A stretch of 64,000 nt of DNA from the human T2T-CHM13v2.0 reference genome, Homo sapiens (GCF_009914755.1 NC_060925.1); one strand, 5' to 3'; positions 14,960 to 28,989 are shown, counted from the stretch's first letter. Notes: generated by a model from the sequence alone, not told the origin. Numbers and translations are program-made.

Positions 14960-15623
14960 TGCCTCTAGGTTTTAAGGAATCACCACACTGTCTTCCACAA
15001 TGGTTGAACTACTTTACACTCCCACCAACAAGGAGAAATACCATTTGACTCAGGAATCTCATTACTGCATATAAACCCAAAGGAATATAAATCATTCTGT
15101 CATAAAGACACATGAACGTGTATGTTCATTGCAGCACTATTCGGATTAGCAAAGATATAGAATCAACCTAAATGGCCCTATATAGGTGGGATGAAGAAAA
15201 TGTGGCATACATACTCCATGAAATACTATGTGGTCATAAAAAAAGAATAAGATTATGTCCTTTGCAGCAACGTGGATGTACTCGAAGGTCATTATCCTTA
15301 GCAAAATAATGCAGAAACAGAAAAGCAAATACTGCATGTTCTCACTTATAAAATAGAGTATCAATATTTGTTGCAGTTTTGGCTTTGTTTGTATTTAATT
15401 TTATTGCTTTTAAAAATATATAAATACTTAATTTTTGTGCAGATAAACTTATCCAGTAGTTGCATAGATTAATTTTATACCTCTTTGGGGTTTTCTCATT
15501 CTTCAATCAGCAAAACATAGTCATCTATATTTTATTACTTTTTATTAATATATACTTATTTATAAATATTCCATATACATGGAACTGTATAATGGTATGA
15601 TGTAGACCTCTGTAAATATCATT

Positions 15624-16090
15624 GCATCGGTTTCCTATAACTGCTATAACAAATTATCAGGAATTATTTGGCTTAAAACACCACCAATTTATTCTCTTGT
15701 GGATCTAGATGCCAGAAGTTTATGATAAGGTTTACCTCATTGAAATCAGGTTTTCAGCACCATAGAGCTAGCTCTGGAGGGTCTAAAAGAGAATCTGTTT
15801 CCTTGACTTTTTCAGTTTCGGGAAGCTGTCTTCATTCCTTTGCTCGTGCTCCCAAACTATGTTACATATATGGATTTTTCCTCTTCAGTCTTCAAATCTC
15901 CCTCTGCCTTCCTCTTATAAGGACAGTGATTCCATTTAGGACCCATCCTGATAATTCAGAATGATATACCTATACCAAGATCCTTAACATAATTACATAT
16001 GCAAGTCCTAGCAACTATATATAGTGACTTTCACAGGTTCCAGGAATTACAACCTGGATATCTTTTGGGGCCAGTATTTAATCTACCACA
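15624..16090 (-). mobile_element. MaLR LTR MLT1C/D-like
   Basis: gtttcctataactgctataacaaatta...ggcttaaaacaccaccaatttattctc ... ggggccagtatttaatctaccaca. Confidence 0.8.
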
Positions 16091-16325
16091 ATCATCTTCT
16101 TGAGGAGGGAGAAATATGAACTAGAATATACACATTACCAATACACTTGAAAAACCATCTACCAACTGCGTCTAGTGATTTAATTCAAATTTAACATAAT
16201 TTAGTAATTATGAAAAATAGAAATATAAATTATTTTCCCATATAATTACTTTTCCAGCAATTTATACAAGGTAATTGCTCATTTTCCCACAATTTGAAAT
16301 GCCATTACTAACATAAACAAGTATA

Positions 16326-16909
16326 TAGTAAGTCCTTATTTAACATTATCGATAGGTTTTTGGAAACAGCAGCTTTAAATGAAATTATGTATAAGAAAAC
16401 CAGTTTTACCATAGGCTACTTGATATAAACAAGAGTTTAATTCCTATGGCATATTTCTGGTCATAAAAACATTGCAAAACTGCTAAGTGAAGACCAAAGC
16501 ACTTCTAATATTAAACATTGAAAAAATGTGAGTTATACATACATTTAAGAAAGATTCATAAAAACAAGATAATTACTTACCTTCTTATTCCAGTTCAGGG
16601 TTGTGGCGGCAGGAGTCCATCAAGGAAGCTCAGGGTACACTGTTGGAACCCACCCTGGAGAGGCTGCAATTCCATTGCAGGGTACACTTACAGACATACC
16701 CACACACACTCAGGTTACTCACTCACTCACTCACTCAGCCAGGCCAACTAACCACACCAGAGAAAACCAGAGCACCCAGAGAAAAGTCACACATACATGG
16801 GGAAAACATACAAGCTCTTCACAGACAGGGTCCTTGGCTGCAAAGTGATTTTTATCAAATCAACTTTATGAGGAATCAATATTTGAGTATAATGTTTGAG
16901 GACTTGCTA
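16326..16909. mobile_element. MER82-like TcMar-Tigger DNA transposon fossil
   Basis: TIRs tagtaagtcct / aggacttgcta (10/11), TA on both flanks; body matches recalled MER82 consensus. Confidence 0.8.
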
Positions 16910-17299
16910 TACTTGCATAGTAGTCTTCCTATTTTTGTAACTCAGTTTGGGCATGGAATTTGAAGTTCAGAATTCGATGGCAAACAATTTTTCCAGGCCT
17001 GATCCCCTTCAAATACTTTGCCTGAAGCTTATGCTCCAGACAGTCTAGAAAACTTGTAATTACAAAAAGTAAGACCTTTCCTCTTTACTTGCCCTTGCTC
17101 AGACTGTTATATTTTCTTGAAGTAACTTTTCTTTTTTCATAATCCAGCTTGAAGAAATTCTGCCTCCTTAAACTGCAGCTGAAATGCCAGCTCTTTGTTC
17201 TGTCCCTCTCTCATTGTATCTCTATTCTCTTTTGTGCTACTAGATGCTTATAAGCACTTAACATATTTTGCGTTTTATTAGTCTAAGGTTACTAAATGC

Positions 17300-17527
17300 A
17301 TGCTGGAGACAGTTTTGCATTCTGACTCGATCACTTACTAGTTGTTAAGACTTTGTGAAAATTATTTTTCTTTTTTATGATTTATTTTCCTCAATCATAA
17401 AATGATGCAAACGATAGTTTATACTTCACAGAGGGAGTGAAAGGAATAAATAAAATAATTCATGTAAAGCATTGATTGTATTTAATACCAGACAATAGTA
17501 AGCTTTCAATAGATATTATTTATTACT
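17300..17527 (+). mobile_element. MIR
   Basis: cacttactagttg...ttttcctcaatcataaaatg...catgtaaagcatt...aatagtaagctttcaatagatatt. Confidence 0.7.
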
Positions 17528-17639
17528 GTATGTTTTCTATATTCATTTTTATCATTAGGTAGATTATTTAGATAATAAGCTTCATAATGTCAGGGCTCAC
17601 AGGAGTGATTTGCAAAATTTATAGACAATATTTATTTAA

Positions 17640-17993
17640 CCCATTTTCCATTTAGAAAAAAAAGTACAGCTTGCTGCCAATGCTCATTTAATTTTACATA
17701 ACTCCATTTTGAGGCTTAAGTAAATCTGACTGATTTTTCACTGTGAAAATAAAATATGAAACTGTTATTGGAGTTATTTCTAAGCAGAACTTGTCTCTAA
17801 TTCTAATGTAACATTATATACATTCCTGTTACAGAATACTCTTATCCCTAATCCTAATGCAACATCACATACATCTCTGTTACAGAATGTAACGTCATAT
17901 TCCATCACAGAACGTAACATGACATACATTTCTCTAACAGATAATACTTCAGGATTAGAGACAAGAGTATTCTTTGGGCAAATTGCAAATGGG
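17640..17993. mobile_element. MER75B-like piggyBac MITE with expanded internal palindrome
   Basis: TTAA TSDs at 17636-17639 and 17994-17997; termini cccattt...aaatggg. Confidence 0.85.
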
Positions 17994-20359
17994 TTAATAA
18001 ATTTACATTCAATTCGACTATGTATCCATATCCCCTTAGTATATCCATCTTTATAAAACAATAATATTCTTTAAAAAGCACAACCTTCCTCTATTCTTAG
18101 TTTATTTTTATGTGACTTGTTAAATGTATATAAATTCCCTATGTCTAACTTTCTCACAACAGTGAGACTTACCTGATAAATTACAATCTATGATCAATTT
18201 TATTTCAGGGAAAATTCTTAATTGTATAAGGTAAAATTAAAAGTTCAGCAGATAGATGTTTTCTCGACCCAGCCACAGGATCCAGTTGACTGTCTTGATT
18301 ATATGTGTGAATAAGTGCATTTAGAAAACAAATTATAAAATTGTGTTCTAACTTAAGGCAAATATTTACAAACAAGTTTCCCTGCTGGATGAAAATAATA
18401 TGTTGATTTGTAGAAATTTTACTCTCTGAAAAATTATATAATTGTATTTGTTTTTATATCCAAAGTTATAGGGAATTAATTGCATATTTTTGAATTAAAA
18501 CCATCATATGTACTCTCAGGCTTTCTCCAGGTTCTCCCCTGACTTGTCCACTGTTTTTTTTTCCACAAATTAAACATTTTGCATAATTTTGATAACTTTT
18601 CCTGGCAAAATGTATTATTTTGTTATAGTCTCTTTCGTGTATTCTTTTCTGTCGCTTCTCAACATGGGTTAAAAGAACAAAAGGACGGCTCCAGGTGACG
18701 TATGACTTCCATGACAAAAAGTATAGATAATTTGCTTATTTTCTCAGAGAAGCAGGCAGGCAGCCAAAGTTCACAACCAAAATTAGTTCTCAATTTAATG
18801 TTCGATGTCATTTCACAAGGACTAGAATGATAAATGAGACATTGGACATGTTAACTCTGAGGAAAATTATCACTTCACCTTGTATAGGGCATCTTTACGG
18901 GATGAAATCAGAAGAGATAAATGACCACACTCTGTGACAGATCTGCCTGTCATTTGGGGAAAGATGTCCCCCACTGAGAGGGCAGGCACTGTGTGTTTCC
19001 CTTAGGCTATAACCAGATATATTTTATGCCTCAAAATAATTATAGAAATTTTAAAATGAAGATGATGTATGCAGGACACACAACCCAGGTCGATTTTTCC
19101 AAGTGACATTTTAAGCGTGTGTATGTATATAAATAGAAATAGAGATGCAGACACATTTGTGAACTGCATAATATCCTTGAAATGGTTTCTGAATAAATAA
19201 AATGTTTACTGAGTGCCTACAATGTGCAGTGTGGCCTGTGATTATAAATATAAGTAAATGCATATGCCCAAATTTGAGGCACTGAGAATTTTGTTCCTCA
19301 AAGTTTTCTTCAGAAAACAGGAAATAGCTTATATTTAAGTCCCTACAAAGTCAGTCATATCACAGCAAAATCTATCACATATCCTATTATGAAATCTTCA
19401 ATACTTATTAGAAAAGGCACATTAACTAGAAGTGATAACACTCCAAATCAAATTTTGAATTGACACAAAAGTGAACTTATAAAATGTATCAAATTGGAGG
19501 CAAATATATTTTTATGCAGATTTTGTGCTTATTCCACAGTCATACCATCACAACTGAGAATTTTGTTTAACGTTAAATTTAAAGAATTTTCAAAAGTAAG
19601 AGAAAAAGTGTTAAGTAATGGGAATTGTAAATATATGCTTTCAGAAATAATGGAAAAATAACCACCTAAATATTCCATGAATGAGTCTATGAATGGGTCT
19701 ATGAATTGAGCATCTGAAGTAAAATGCTCAATGGCAGAAACATAAACATGTTAAAAGGGCTGTTATCAGACATTTTCAAGGGAGGTCATAATCTCAAAAC
19801 TATAGGATAATGCAAAAGTACCTCTAGTATTAGTACTATTAAAGTTAAAAAGTACTAGATCATTGAAAAAGTAGTTCTACATTAGCAAAGTTAAAGGTAA
19901 AAATCTGCTGGATAACTCTAAATGCAGCTCTAGGTTTAACAGAGCTAAAGCTATATAAACTGTTAACAAACTAAAAATATAGTATTATAAATTTAAAGCT
20001 ATGTTCTGAAGAATGTAAATCTAATGTTTCAATTTCTTCTAAATCTCTACTCTAGTTTTACCAAAGAAAAAATCTTTTTTAAATCATCTTTTAGAAAATC
20101 AATCACTTATTTTTGGTTGACTGATTTTTATAAAAATAAAATTTTGCAAATCAATCAATGTTTATAATGTAAAACTCTATGTAATTCATTAAAATTATAT
20201 GAAATTTAACATTGGATAATATATTTGTAATTAAGAAATTAACAATTCAAAATAATCATTTAAGCTTGACCTTCCAAGGAAAATCAAACGTGATAAGCCT
20301 TTCAGTGATTTTTATTAATTCCTGTCTTTTGCATAGTAAAATAGATCAGCAAATGTTCG

Positions 20360-20480
20360 CTCATTTACTCATTTATTCATCATGCATTTATTGAACACAT
20401 CTCTTGCCTGGGTCTTGGGCTAGACACTAGAGGTACAGTGTTAAACAAAGCAGATGGTATCTCAGAGCTTGAATCCTGGT
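20360..20480 (-). mobile_element. L2 3' end fragment
   Basis: catttattcatcatgcatttattgaacac...ctagacactagaggtacagtgttaaacaaagcag. Confidence 0.65.
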
Positions 20481-20829
20481 GATCATAGATTTAGTTTGTG
20501 TAGCTGATTGTTCAGGACTGTTTTAACAACAGTATGTTAGTGCCACATGAGCCAGGCATGGAAAAATTGTGAACTGGGAACAGATCTGCAGGAATAATGC
20601 AAATGATAAGAGGTGCTCAAAAGTTAAAGGATCATCAACAAAGAAAGGATTGCTACTATTTTTTTTTTAAATAGACAATCTGAACATAGAGGTTGTGGTT
20701 CAGGGTGTGCATTAATATCCACACAACTGTTAGAGGAGGATAGTTCAGGAACTGACTCAGACATAAGCTAGAAGAAAATACCTTTACTGGCTGTGTTATC
20801 TGAATAGAGTAAAAATTATATCTAATTGT

Positions 20830-20972
20830 ATTTATTCACTTATTTAGTCAGTCATCCATTTATTCATTAAAAATTTATTGAGTAGCCTCTATATATCAGG
20901 AATTCTTCTATTCTAGAGTGGTAAAACAAACTAGAAAGAGTCCATGCCCTTATGAAGCTTATATTCTACTAA
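20830..20972 (-). mobile_element. L2 3' end fragment
   Basis: catttattcattaaaaatttattgagtagcctctat...ccatgcccttatgaagcttatattcta. Confidence 0.65.
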
Positions 20973-23900
20973 AGATAATAAACGTCATAAAATAGAATGT
21001 GTATAGATGTAGATTATGTGTAGTATGTATTCTATACCTACTTATGAATGGTATGTTGTCTACATCTATACTGATCTACATTCATATCTCTATATAGCTC
21101 TCATCTCTTTTTAGGTACAGAGAAATAATAAAAAAGAAAAATGGAAATTGAAATGGTAGATGAGATGAAGAGTTAGAAGGTTTAATAAGCTCTTACTGAT
21201 TCACTTTTTAGATAGAGCTTCTTTCCTAGAAATCTTGAACATGATGCTTCCCGTGTTCTCAGTTCCTTAATGCTCTCTCCATCCTCCATGCCTTTAATTA
21301 TACTGCTGTGTCTACTTGGATGTTACTCTTAAACTCCTTTAATTTGAGATTTAAAAAGACTTGTTTTTGTTTGAAAGCCTTCATTAACATAACACACTCT
21401 GTACCTTTTTTTTCCCCCAGGTGGGTTACCAGCTCCTTCCTTTATTGTGCCCAAGAGCATTCAATGTGTTCTTATATGACCACATTATTTCCCTGCCATG
21501 AGAATTCCCCAACTCTTTCACATTGAAGTAAAACAGTTTTAACATTGTACTAAATATTTATTTACTGCCTAACATCATCAAATCCTCTTTGAATTTTTTT
21601 CTTCATTATGTGAATTCTCTTAGTTCAAAGTTAATTTTTTGTGGAAGCTGGCTTCGTGTTTGAAGGATAGCATTTTACTCCAGATATCATCCTAGGTTGA
21701 CATCCTGGTCGAAAAATCTGGAGCAAGGGGAAAATGTTCCTAATACAGAAGAGTTTTCTAAAATAGAAGAGGGAAACTTATCTTCCTTATTTTATAAAAG
21801 TAGTTTTATTACAATATATTTATAAAAAAGCTCAATTAGTGTTATGGATGTTGAAAGATGTTTTTTAAAACATTGACCCACAGCTATAAAAAATCCCTCT
21901 TAGCAGTAAGGCAATGAATATATAGCATGATGAAGGCATTTATGACCATTGTTAGCAAAGGCAATAATTAATAGAAGTTAGCAGTATAGCCTCTAGTCTT
22001 AATTTGCATATATGCAGCAGAAAAATGGTTGCTGTTAGTTTCACTAGCAACTTTAGTGTATGGGACAAGTGTTCACAGGGCTTTAAGAATTCTTTTTACA
22101 TATAATATTTCATGAAAAAATATACTGCTTTGCATCACTCTGCAAGTAATATTCCACTGGCAATTTATCTCGGCCTTCTGAAGCATACCATCTGAATCTG
22201 AAGTCCATCTATCTAAAAGACTGATCTAAAATGCAGATTTGATCATTGTTCAATATAAATAAAACTTTAGTATCTCCAAATATCAGAAAAAAAATCAAAA
22301 CTTTTTTTCTTTAATTCCTATCAACATAACACCTATTGTACTTAACCTTGCCACCTGCATTTCTTTTCAATGTAAGAGAAATAGTTCTATTTGCAGTCTT
22401 ACTACAGTTATGCAATTGCATGTAATTCAGGTATTCATGTCTTTACATATGATATTCCATAGGCTTAAAGTTTATCCTCCATTTCTTATTAATCTATATC
22501 CCACTCCCCATAATTTAATATTGGCTGACATTTTTCTTATCTTCAGGATAGAATTCCTCCTCCGTTAACAACCTGCCAGTCCCAGACTGGGGGAATGTCA
22601 AACTCCCCTTGTATCCCTTGTATCTTTTGTATAATTTTAGTTTGACTTTTGTCACAAGTACGATTTCTGTATTGGCCTTAATATATTTACATGTTCATCT
22701 CCAGCATTGTTGTGTGATGCCCTGTAGCCTTAGTTTGTGATTCTTGGCTTAGATTTTTTTTAGGATTCATGCCTCTCTCCCATCCCCAAAGTTCGTGATT
22801 AACCAGGTTTTAAAATAGTTCTGAGTCATGATTTTAAAAGAAAAGCGAAAGAAGAAAGACAGAAACAAAGAAGTATTGAAAGTAGTTGACTTTAATTTAG
22901 TGCATCAAATGTTTAGAGTTACTGTCCTGAAAGGAATTCTATAATCCCCATGCATTACTTTGTTCCTGGAACATTATAAGAAGAGAAAAAAATATCTGAA
23001 AAATAAATTATATAAGACTTGCTTCAGAATAAGCATGAACTTGAAAAAGCTTGATAACGTCTCAGTTGAATAAAGGATATTAAAATATTGGATTATCTTG
23101 TTTCCCACCTTTATTCATAACTCTGACCAGTAGTGCCTACATTCCATGGTGTTTTCCAAAGTATGTCAATAAGGCAGGATAATAAAAAACAACAAAATTT
23201 TTTATAAGGCCATCCAGGACATGATTGTCATATGGATAAAGGGATATAGATAACCCCAGGCTTCTCCCCTGCTTCCAAGACCACATAATTCTAGGTGTAC
23301 AGTGTTCACAGGTCTCTAGTCCTATCATCACAGGCCATTAGCAATTTCTCATCTCTCTACTTCTCATCACAATTCACCTCTCTTATGCTCATTCCTCCAG
23401 AGTTCTGGTCTCTGTTTTGACAAGCAGCTTATGTAATAAATGTAGAAGTAAAGTATACCAAAGGCATACGTAGGATACTTTCCTTGTCCTACTTTTATTA
23501 TCTCCCATTTATACTTTAACAAGAAATTTCTGAAATTATAATGGCTTAGTGGAAATCAGTGACATAAATGATAATTTCAGGAGTGAGATAGGATGTTGAG
23601 TTTTTTGAGAGGAAAAAACTTCGGGTTGACAGTCACCTAAAACGATGTATGTGGCCATAACGAAAATAATATTTGAATGTTCTTAATTATTTATGTTTTG
23701 AAGAAAAATGAGATCAACTTTAAATCACGAATTTTATAGGATTACTGTGTGTTTCACATAATTGAATATCAGCCTTTCTACATGGCACCATTGCGTGGTG
23801 TTTGGTTTGGCAGGAAAGTAACAGAGCACAGCGGATGGTACAATAAAGTGCTAGTTAACTTTTAGCCATCTTGTAGAAGTTAAATTTAATTTAATTCCAA

Positions 23901-25420
23901 GCTAGGGAACATTAAAATGTCTCAATTAGCTTAGCATTGAGTAATTAAGAATATGAATCTTTTTAATATAAAAAGCACCAGGATCCATTTTATAAAAGTT
24001 TTTTAAATATAATAACAGTCAACATAAAAATAGATTATCTCATAGAAGGCATGCAGGGCATACTAAACACTATAAAATATAATTGTAACAATGATAATAA
24101 TACTGTAAAGCTAAAATGTTTTAAAATTAGGAATATAAATTCATCCTGTAATGTACAAAATTAACATATTTCACCATGTTGTCACTGGTTTATCTTTTAC
24201 TTTAGATCAAAACAAAAGTTCAACATTATACATAATTACAGCTATTCAATAAACATTAATACTAAAACATATTGACTTAATTCTCTTTTAATAAGGTTAT
24301 GATATCAGCCAAATATAACACATGTCTCATAGATGGAAATTGAAAAAGAAAAAAATACATTAAAGCATAAAATGAAACCCATAACTCCTGGCTCAAAATG
24401 CATTATATGTCAGAGTTTGAGGAATAAATTTGTTTGTTGAAAACGTATGAAATATACAGGAAACTACATAACTCTACTGCTTGGTATTTTAACTATTAAC
24501 ATTTCATTACTCACATTAAAAGAGCTTTTTTTCCTTTTTTTTTTTTTAAATTTGCTTGCTTGTTGGCTTGTTGCTAATGTTCTAGAAAGTATTATAGACA
24601 GGTTATTCCAATTTTCTTTGGCATCTGGTAATCACATATTTAATCACTAAGATCATTTTGCTTCCACCAGTTCTTATTACCTCTTAAAAAATGTTTATTC
24701 ACACATCCTTCAGTTCATATTCTTCAAATAAAGTAGTGCAGTTTAAAGCTATGACCTAATATGTCTCTGATGCCAATCAGGAAACTAAATTTCCTAGCTA
24801 AATACTGTATTAAATAAAAACATTCTCCATCAGCCTTATCACTTACAGCATACTGTTCTTCACTCAAACACAGAAATTTCATTATAAAGAATTCTTGCCA
24901 AATATGCAACTCAGCCTTAATTTTATTTAAATTGCATACGTTGGATAGATAGAAGTAATCTGTAGATAATTTCCCATTTATATCTAGGTAGAGGACATTT
25001 TGGGCACTTAAGGAATATTTGATTCAACTGGTAGTTTCCTATGACATATTTCTTGCATATGCCTTACATGAAAATTTTCAACTTTTCTTTCCTTTCATTA
25101 ACAGATTTTTCAGTAAAATGCAGACCTCAATTTTTTTTAGAGTTTGTTTTTAACTACTACTTTTTTTTAATTTGCTTATTTATAATTAAGAACTTTTAGC
25201 TTGGGCATTTTCGGTTTCAAAGTAACAGAAATTAGCTTGTAGTAGCTTTAAAAAGTGGGGCATTTTTTAAAGTACAAGGAGATATTTTACATCAGGTCAT
25301 TTAAGCAGCTGGGCTTTAGGAAGGTCTATTAAAAAAAGAGCTATCAGAAACTCAGAACATGCAAATTTTGTTTTGCCATTTAAATTCACAGATAAAAAAT
25401 GTAAAACATAATATTTGCAA

Positions 25421-25421
<1 letters not shown>

Positions 25422-25452
<31 letters not shown>
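25422..25452. repeat. (TA)n microsatellite
   Basis: Pure TA run of about 15 units. Confidence 0.95.
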
Positions 25453-25455
<3 letters not shown>

Positions 25456-28088
25456 GCAATGGCTAAATCTGGCTAACACACACATTACCTTACATATCAT
25501 TTTTGTGGTAAGAACATTTTAAATCTAGCATTTTTCAAGAATAGAATATTTTGTTATCAACTATAGTAGCCATACTATACAATAGATCTCTTGAACTTAT
25601 TCCTCCTATTTAACTAAAATTTTATATCCTTTGGCCAAAATTTTCCCTAGCTGACCTCCACCAACCTCACCAGTACCTGGTAACCACCATTCTACTCTCT
25701 ACTTCTATAAAAACAACTTTTTATGATTTCACATATGATCGAGATTATGTGGTATTTGTCTTTATGGTCCTTATTTTTTTCACTTAACATAATGTACTCC
25801 AGTTTCATCTATGTTGTCAAAAATTACAGGATTTTCTTCCTTTTTATGTGTGAATAGTATTTCATTATGCATACGTAACACATTTTCTTTCTCCATTCAT
25901 TGATATGCACTTAGGTTAAACACTTGGGTTAAACAACAAATATTTACAACTATTGTAAATAATGCCACAGTAAACATGAGAGTACAGCTATCTCTTCAAC
26001 ATACTGATTTCATTTCCTTTGGATGTATGCCCAGTACTGAGATTACCAGATCATATGGTAATTTTATTTTTACCTTAAGGAACCTCATACTGTTTTCTAT
26101 AGTGGCTGTACTAATTTACATTCCCACCAACAGTGTGCAAGACTTGTCTTTTCTCTAAATCTTTGCCAACACTTGTTATCTTTTGCCTTTTTGACAGTAG
26201 CCATTTTAAGAGTTGTGAGGTGATATCTGATTGTGATTTTAATCTACATTTCTGATGATTAATGATGTCGAGCATATTTTTATATACCAGTTGGCCAGTC
26301 GCATTTCTTCTTTTGAGAAATGTCTTTTCAGGTCCTTTCCCCATTTTCTCATCATATTATTTGTTTTCTTACTATTGAATTGCTTAAGTTAACTCCTCAT
26401 TAGATGTATAGCTTGCAAATATTTTATCACATTGTTCCATTTGTCTCTTCATTCTGTCAATTGTTTATTTTGCTGTGTAGAAGCTTTTTAGTTTCATGTA
26501 ATTTCATTTGTCTATTTTCACTGTATTAACTGTGCTTTCGGGGTAATATTTTCTAAAAAAAATCATCGCCCAGACCAATGACATGGAGCTTTTCTCTTGT
26601 GTTTTATTATAGTAGTTTTAGAGTTGAGTTTCAGGTTACACATTGAAGTCTTTAATCCATTTCAGTTTGATTTTTATGCTTGGTTGGGATAAGGGTCATT
26701 TTTCTGCATGTTGATACTCAGTTTTGCAAATATCATTTATTGAAGATGATGTCTCTTTTTCCTATTGTGCGTCCTTGTCTCTTTTATCAAAAATCAATTG
26801 GCTGTAAATATACAAATTTATTTCTGGGCTCTATATTCTATTCCATTGGTCTATGTGTCTGTTTTTATGCAAGTACTATGTTGTTTTGGTTACTGCAGCT
26901 TTGTAGTATATTTTGAATTCAGATAGTGTGATGCCTCCAACTTTGTTCTATTTGCTCAAGATTACTTTGGCTATTTTAGAAATTTTCTGAATTTCTTTGT
27001 CAGATAGTTTTCTGTTCATTTACAAAAGACTACTAATTTTTGTTAATTTTGCACCCTTCAACTTTGTTGACTTTTTTATTAGCTCTCATAAATTTTTGGT
27101 TGAGTCTCTAGGGTTTTCTGTTTATAAGATCATGGCTTCCGCAAATAAGGACACATTAATTTCGTTCTTAAACGTTAGATGTCTTTTATTTATTCTTCAT
27201 GCCCGATTGATCTGGCTAAGACTTCTAGTACTGTGTTGAATAAAAGTGGCGAAAGGGTTATTATTGTATTTTCCAGATCTTAGAGGAAAACTTTTAAACT
27301 TATCTCTAAGTGTGATATTAGCTGTGGGTTTGTTACATATAGCCTATTTTTGAGTTCAGGTACGTTCCTTCTACAACAAGTGTTTTGAGGGTTTTATCAT
27401 TAAATTATGATAAATTTTGTCAATTTTTTTCTGCATCTATTGAAATGTTTTTATTTTTAATTATGTAACTGTCATGTATTACATTTACCAATTTGCTCAT
27501 GTTTAACTATCCCTACGTTTCTAGGATGAATCCAACTTAATCACAGTAAATGATCTTTTCAAAGTACAGTTGAATTCAGTTTGCTGATATTTTGTTAAGG
27601 ATTTCTGTTTTTAGATCTATTTGGAATATTGACCTGTAATTTTTCTTTCTTCCTTTTTTATTTTTATATTTTGTAGCTTCTTTGTCTAGCTTTGGAATCA
27701 AAATAATGCGAGCTTCATGACATCAGTTTGGAGTATTCCCTGTTCTTCTATTTTTGCAAGAGTTTTAGAAGAATTTGTATTGTTCCTCTTTTAAATGTTT
27801 GGTAGAATAGAGCAGTAAAGTCATCAGGTCCTTGTCTTTTCTTTGATGGGAGACTTTTAGTACTAACTCAGTCTCCTTACTCATTATTAGTCTGTTCATA
27901 CTTTTTACTTTTTTGTAATTCAGTCTTGGTTGATTGTATGTTTCCACAATTTATTGCTTTCTTTTCGAGTTATCCAATTTGTTAGCAAATGGTTGTTTAT
28001 AATAGTCTTGTATGATCCCATCTATTCATTCATCCACTCGATGTCTTTTAATTGGAAATCTTAATACATTTAATACGTTGAGGGGAAA

Positions 28089-28395
28089 TTTTTTTCTTCT
28101 GGCGGAGGGTATGGAGTCTTGCTCTGTTATCCAAACTGGAGTACAGTGGTATGATCATAGTTCACTTCAGCCTCAAACTCCTTTGCTAAAGCAATCCTCC
28201 TGCCTTGGCCTCCTTAGTAGCTGAGACTACAGGTGTGTGCCACCATGGCCAACTATTTTTTTATTTTTTATTTTTTGTAGAGACAGGGTATTGCTATGTT
28301 AACTAGGCTGGTCTCAAACTCCTAGTCTCAAGTGAACTTCTTACTTCAGCCTCCCAAAGTGCAGAGATTACAAGCGTGAGCCATCACACCTGGCT
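28089..28395 (-). mobile_element. AluJ (Jo-like)
   Basis: gatcatagttcacttcagcctcaaactcc, tttttgtagagacagggt. Confidence 0.9.
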
Positions 28396-28989
28396 ACATT
28401 CACAGAAATTATTGATAGATCAGGACTTCCCACTGCCATTTTGTTCATTGTTTTCTAGTCTGTTTTCTAGATCCTTTTTTTCTTTCTTCCTCTCTTGCTA
28501 CCTTCCTTTGTGGGTAAGCGATTTTATCTAGTGGTAAGTTTTGACTCCTCCCTTTTTATTTTTTGCATACCTATTATGAGTTTTTGCTTCGTGGTTACAA
28601 TGAAGCTTTAAAAATACATCATATAGTCGTAACATGTTAGTTTAAGCTGTTATCAATTTATCTTTATTCACAAATAAACTTTTACACTTTCATTCCACTC
28701 TCCCCACTCCTCAAATTTTGATGTTTTATGTCACCATTAATATTTTTATATTGCCTACAGATTTTATTATCAGTAAAACCTGCAACCAAATCCCGGTTAT
28801 TCCATTTTATAGTTGCATGGTCTTGTGCATGGCATTTAATTTATCTGAGCATCATTTCCTCAAATGTACAAAAATATCTACATCATACCATTGTTCTGTG
28901 GATTTAATAGCATGTAAGTTACTTAATAGAGCACATCAATTTGGTTAATCCTGCCAATGGTTTTGGTCTCTACTCTTATAAAATCTCTG

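Larger units (their letters stand above)
25381..28760 (-). mobile_element. L1MA4-6-like LINE-1 (3' UTR plus ORF2 with internal deletions near 26975 and 28020), with AluJ inserted
   Basis: aatagatctcttgaacttattcctcct 3' end; ORF2 remnants (ETYNQPRLNYKKVKSMNRLIMSKETE; [11 protein letters not shown]). Confidence 0.88.

Noticed and set aside
17790-17941. Short direct repeats superficially like a CRISPR array
   Set aside because: Eukaryotic MITE interior; degenerate repeats, no unique spacers, no cas genes
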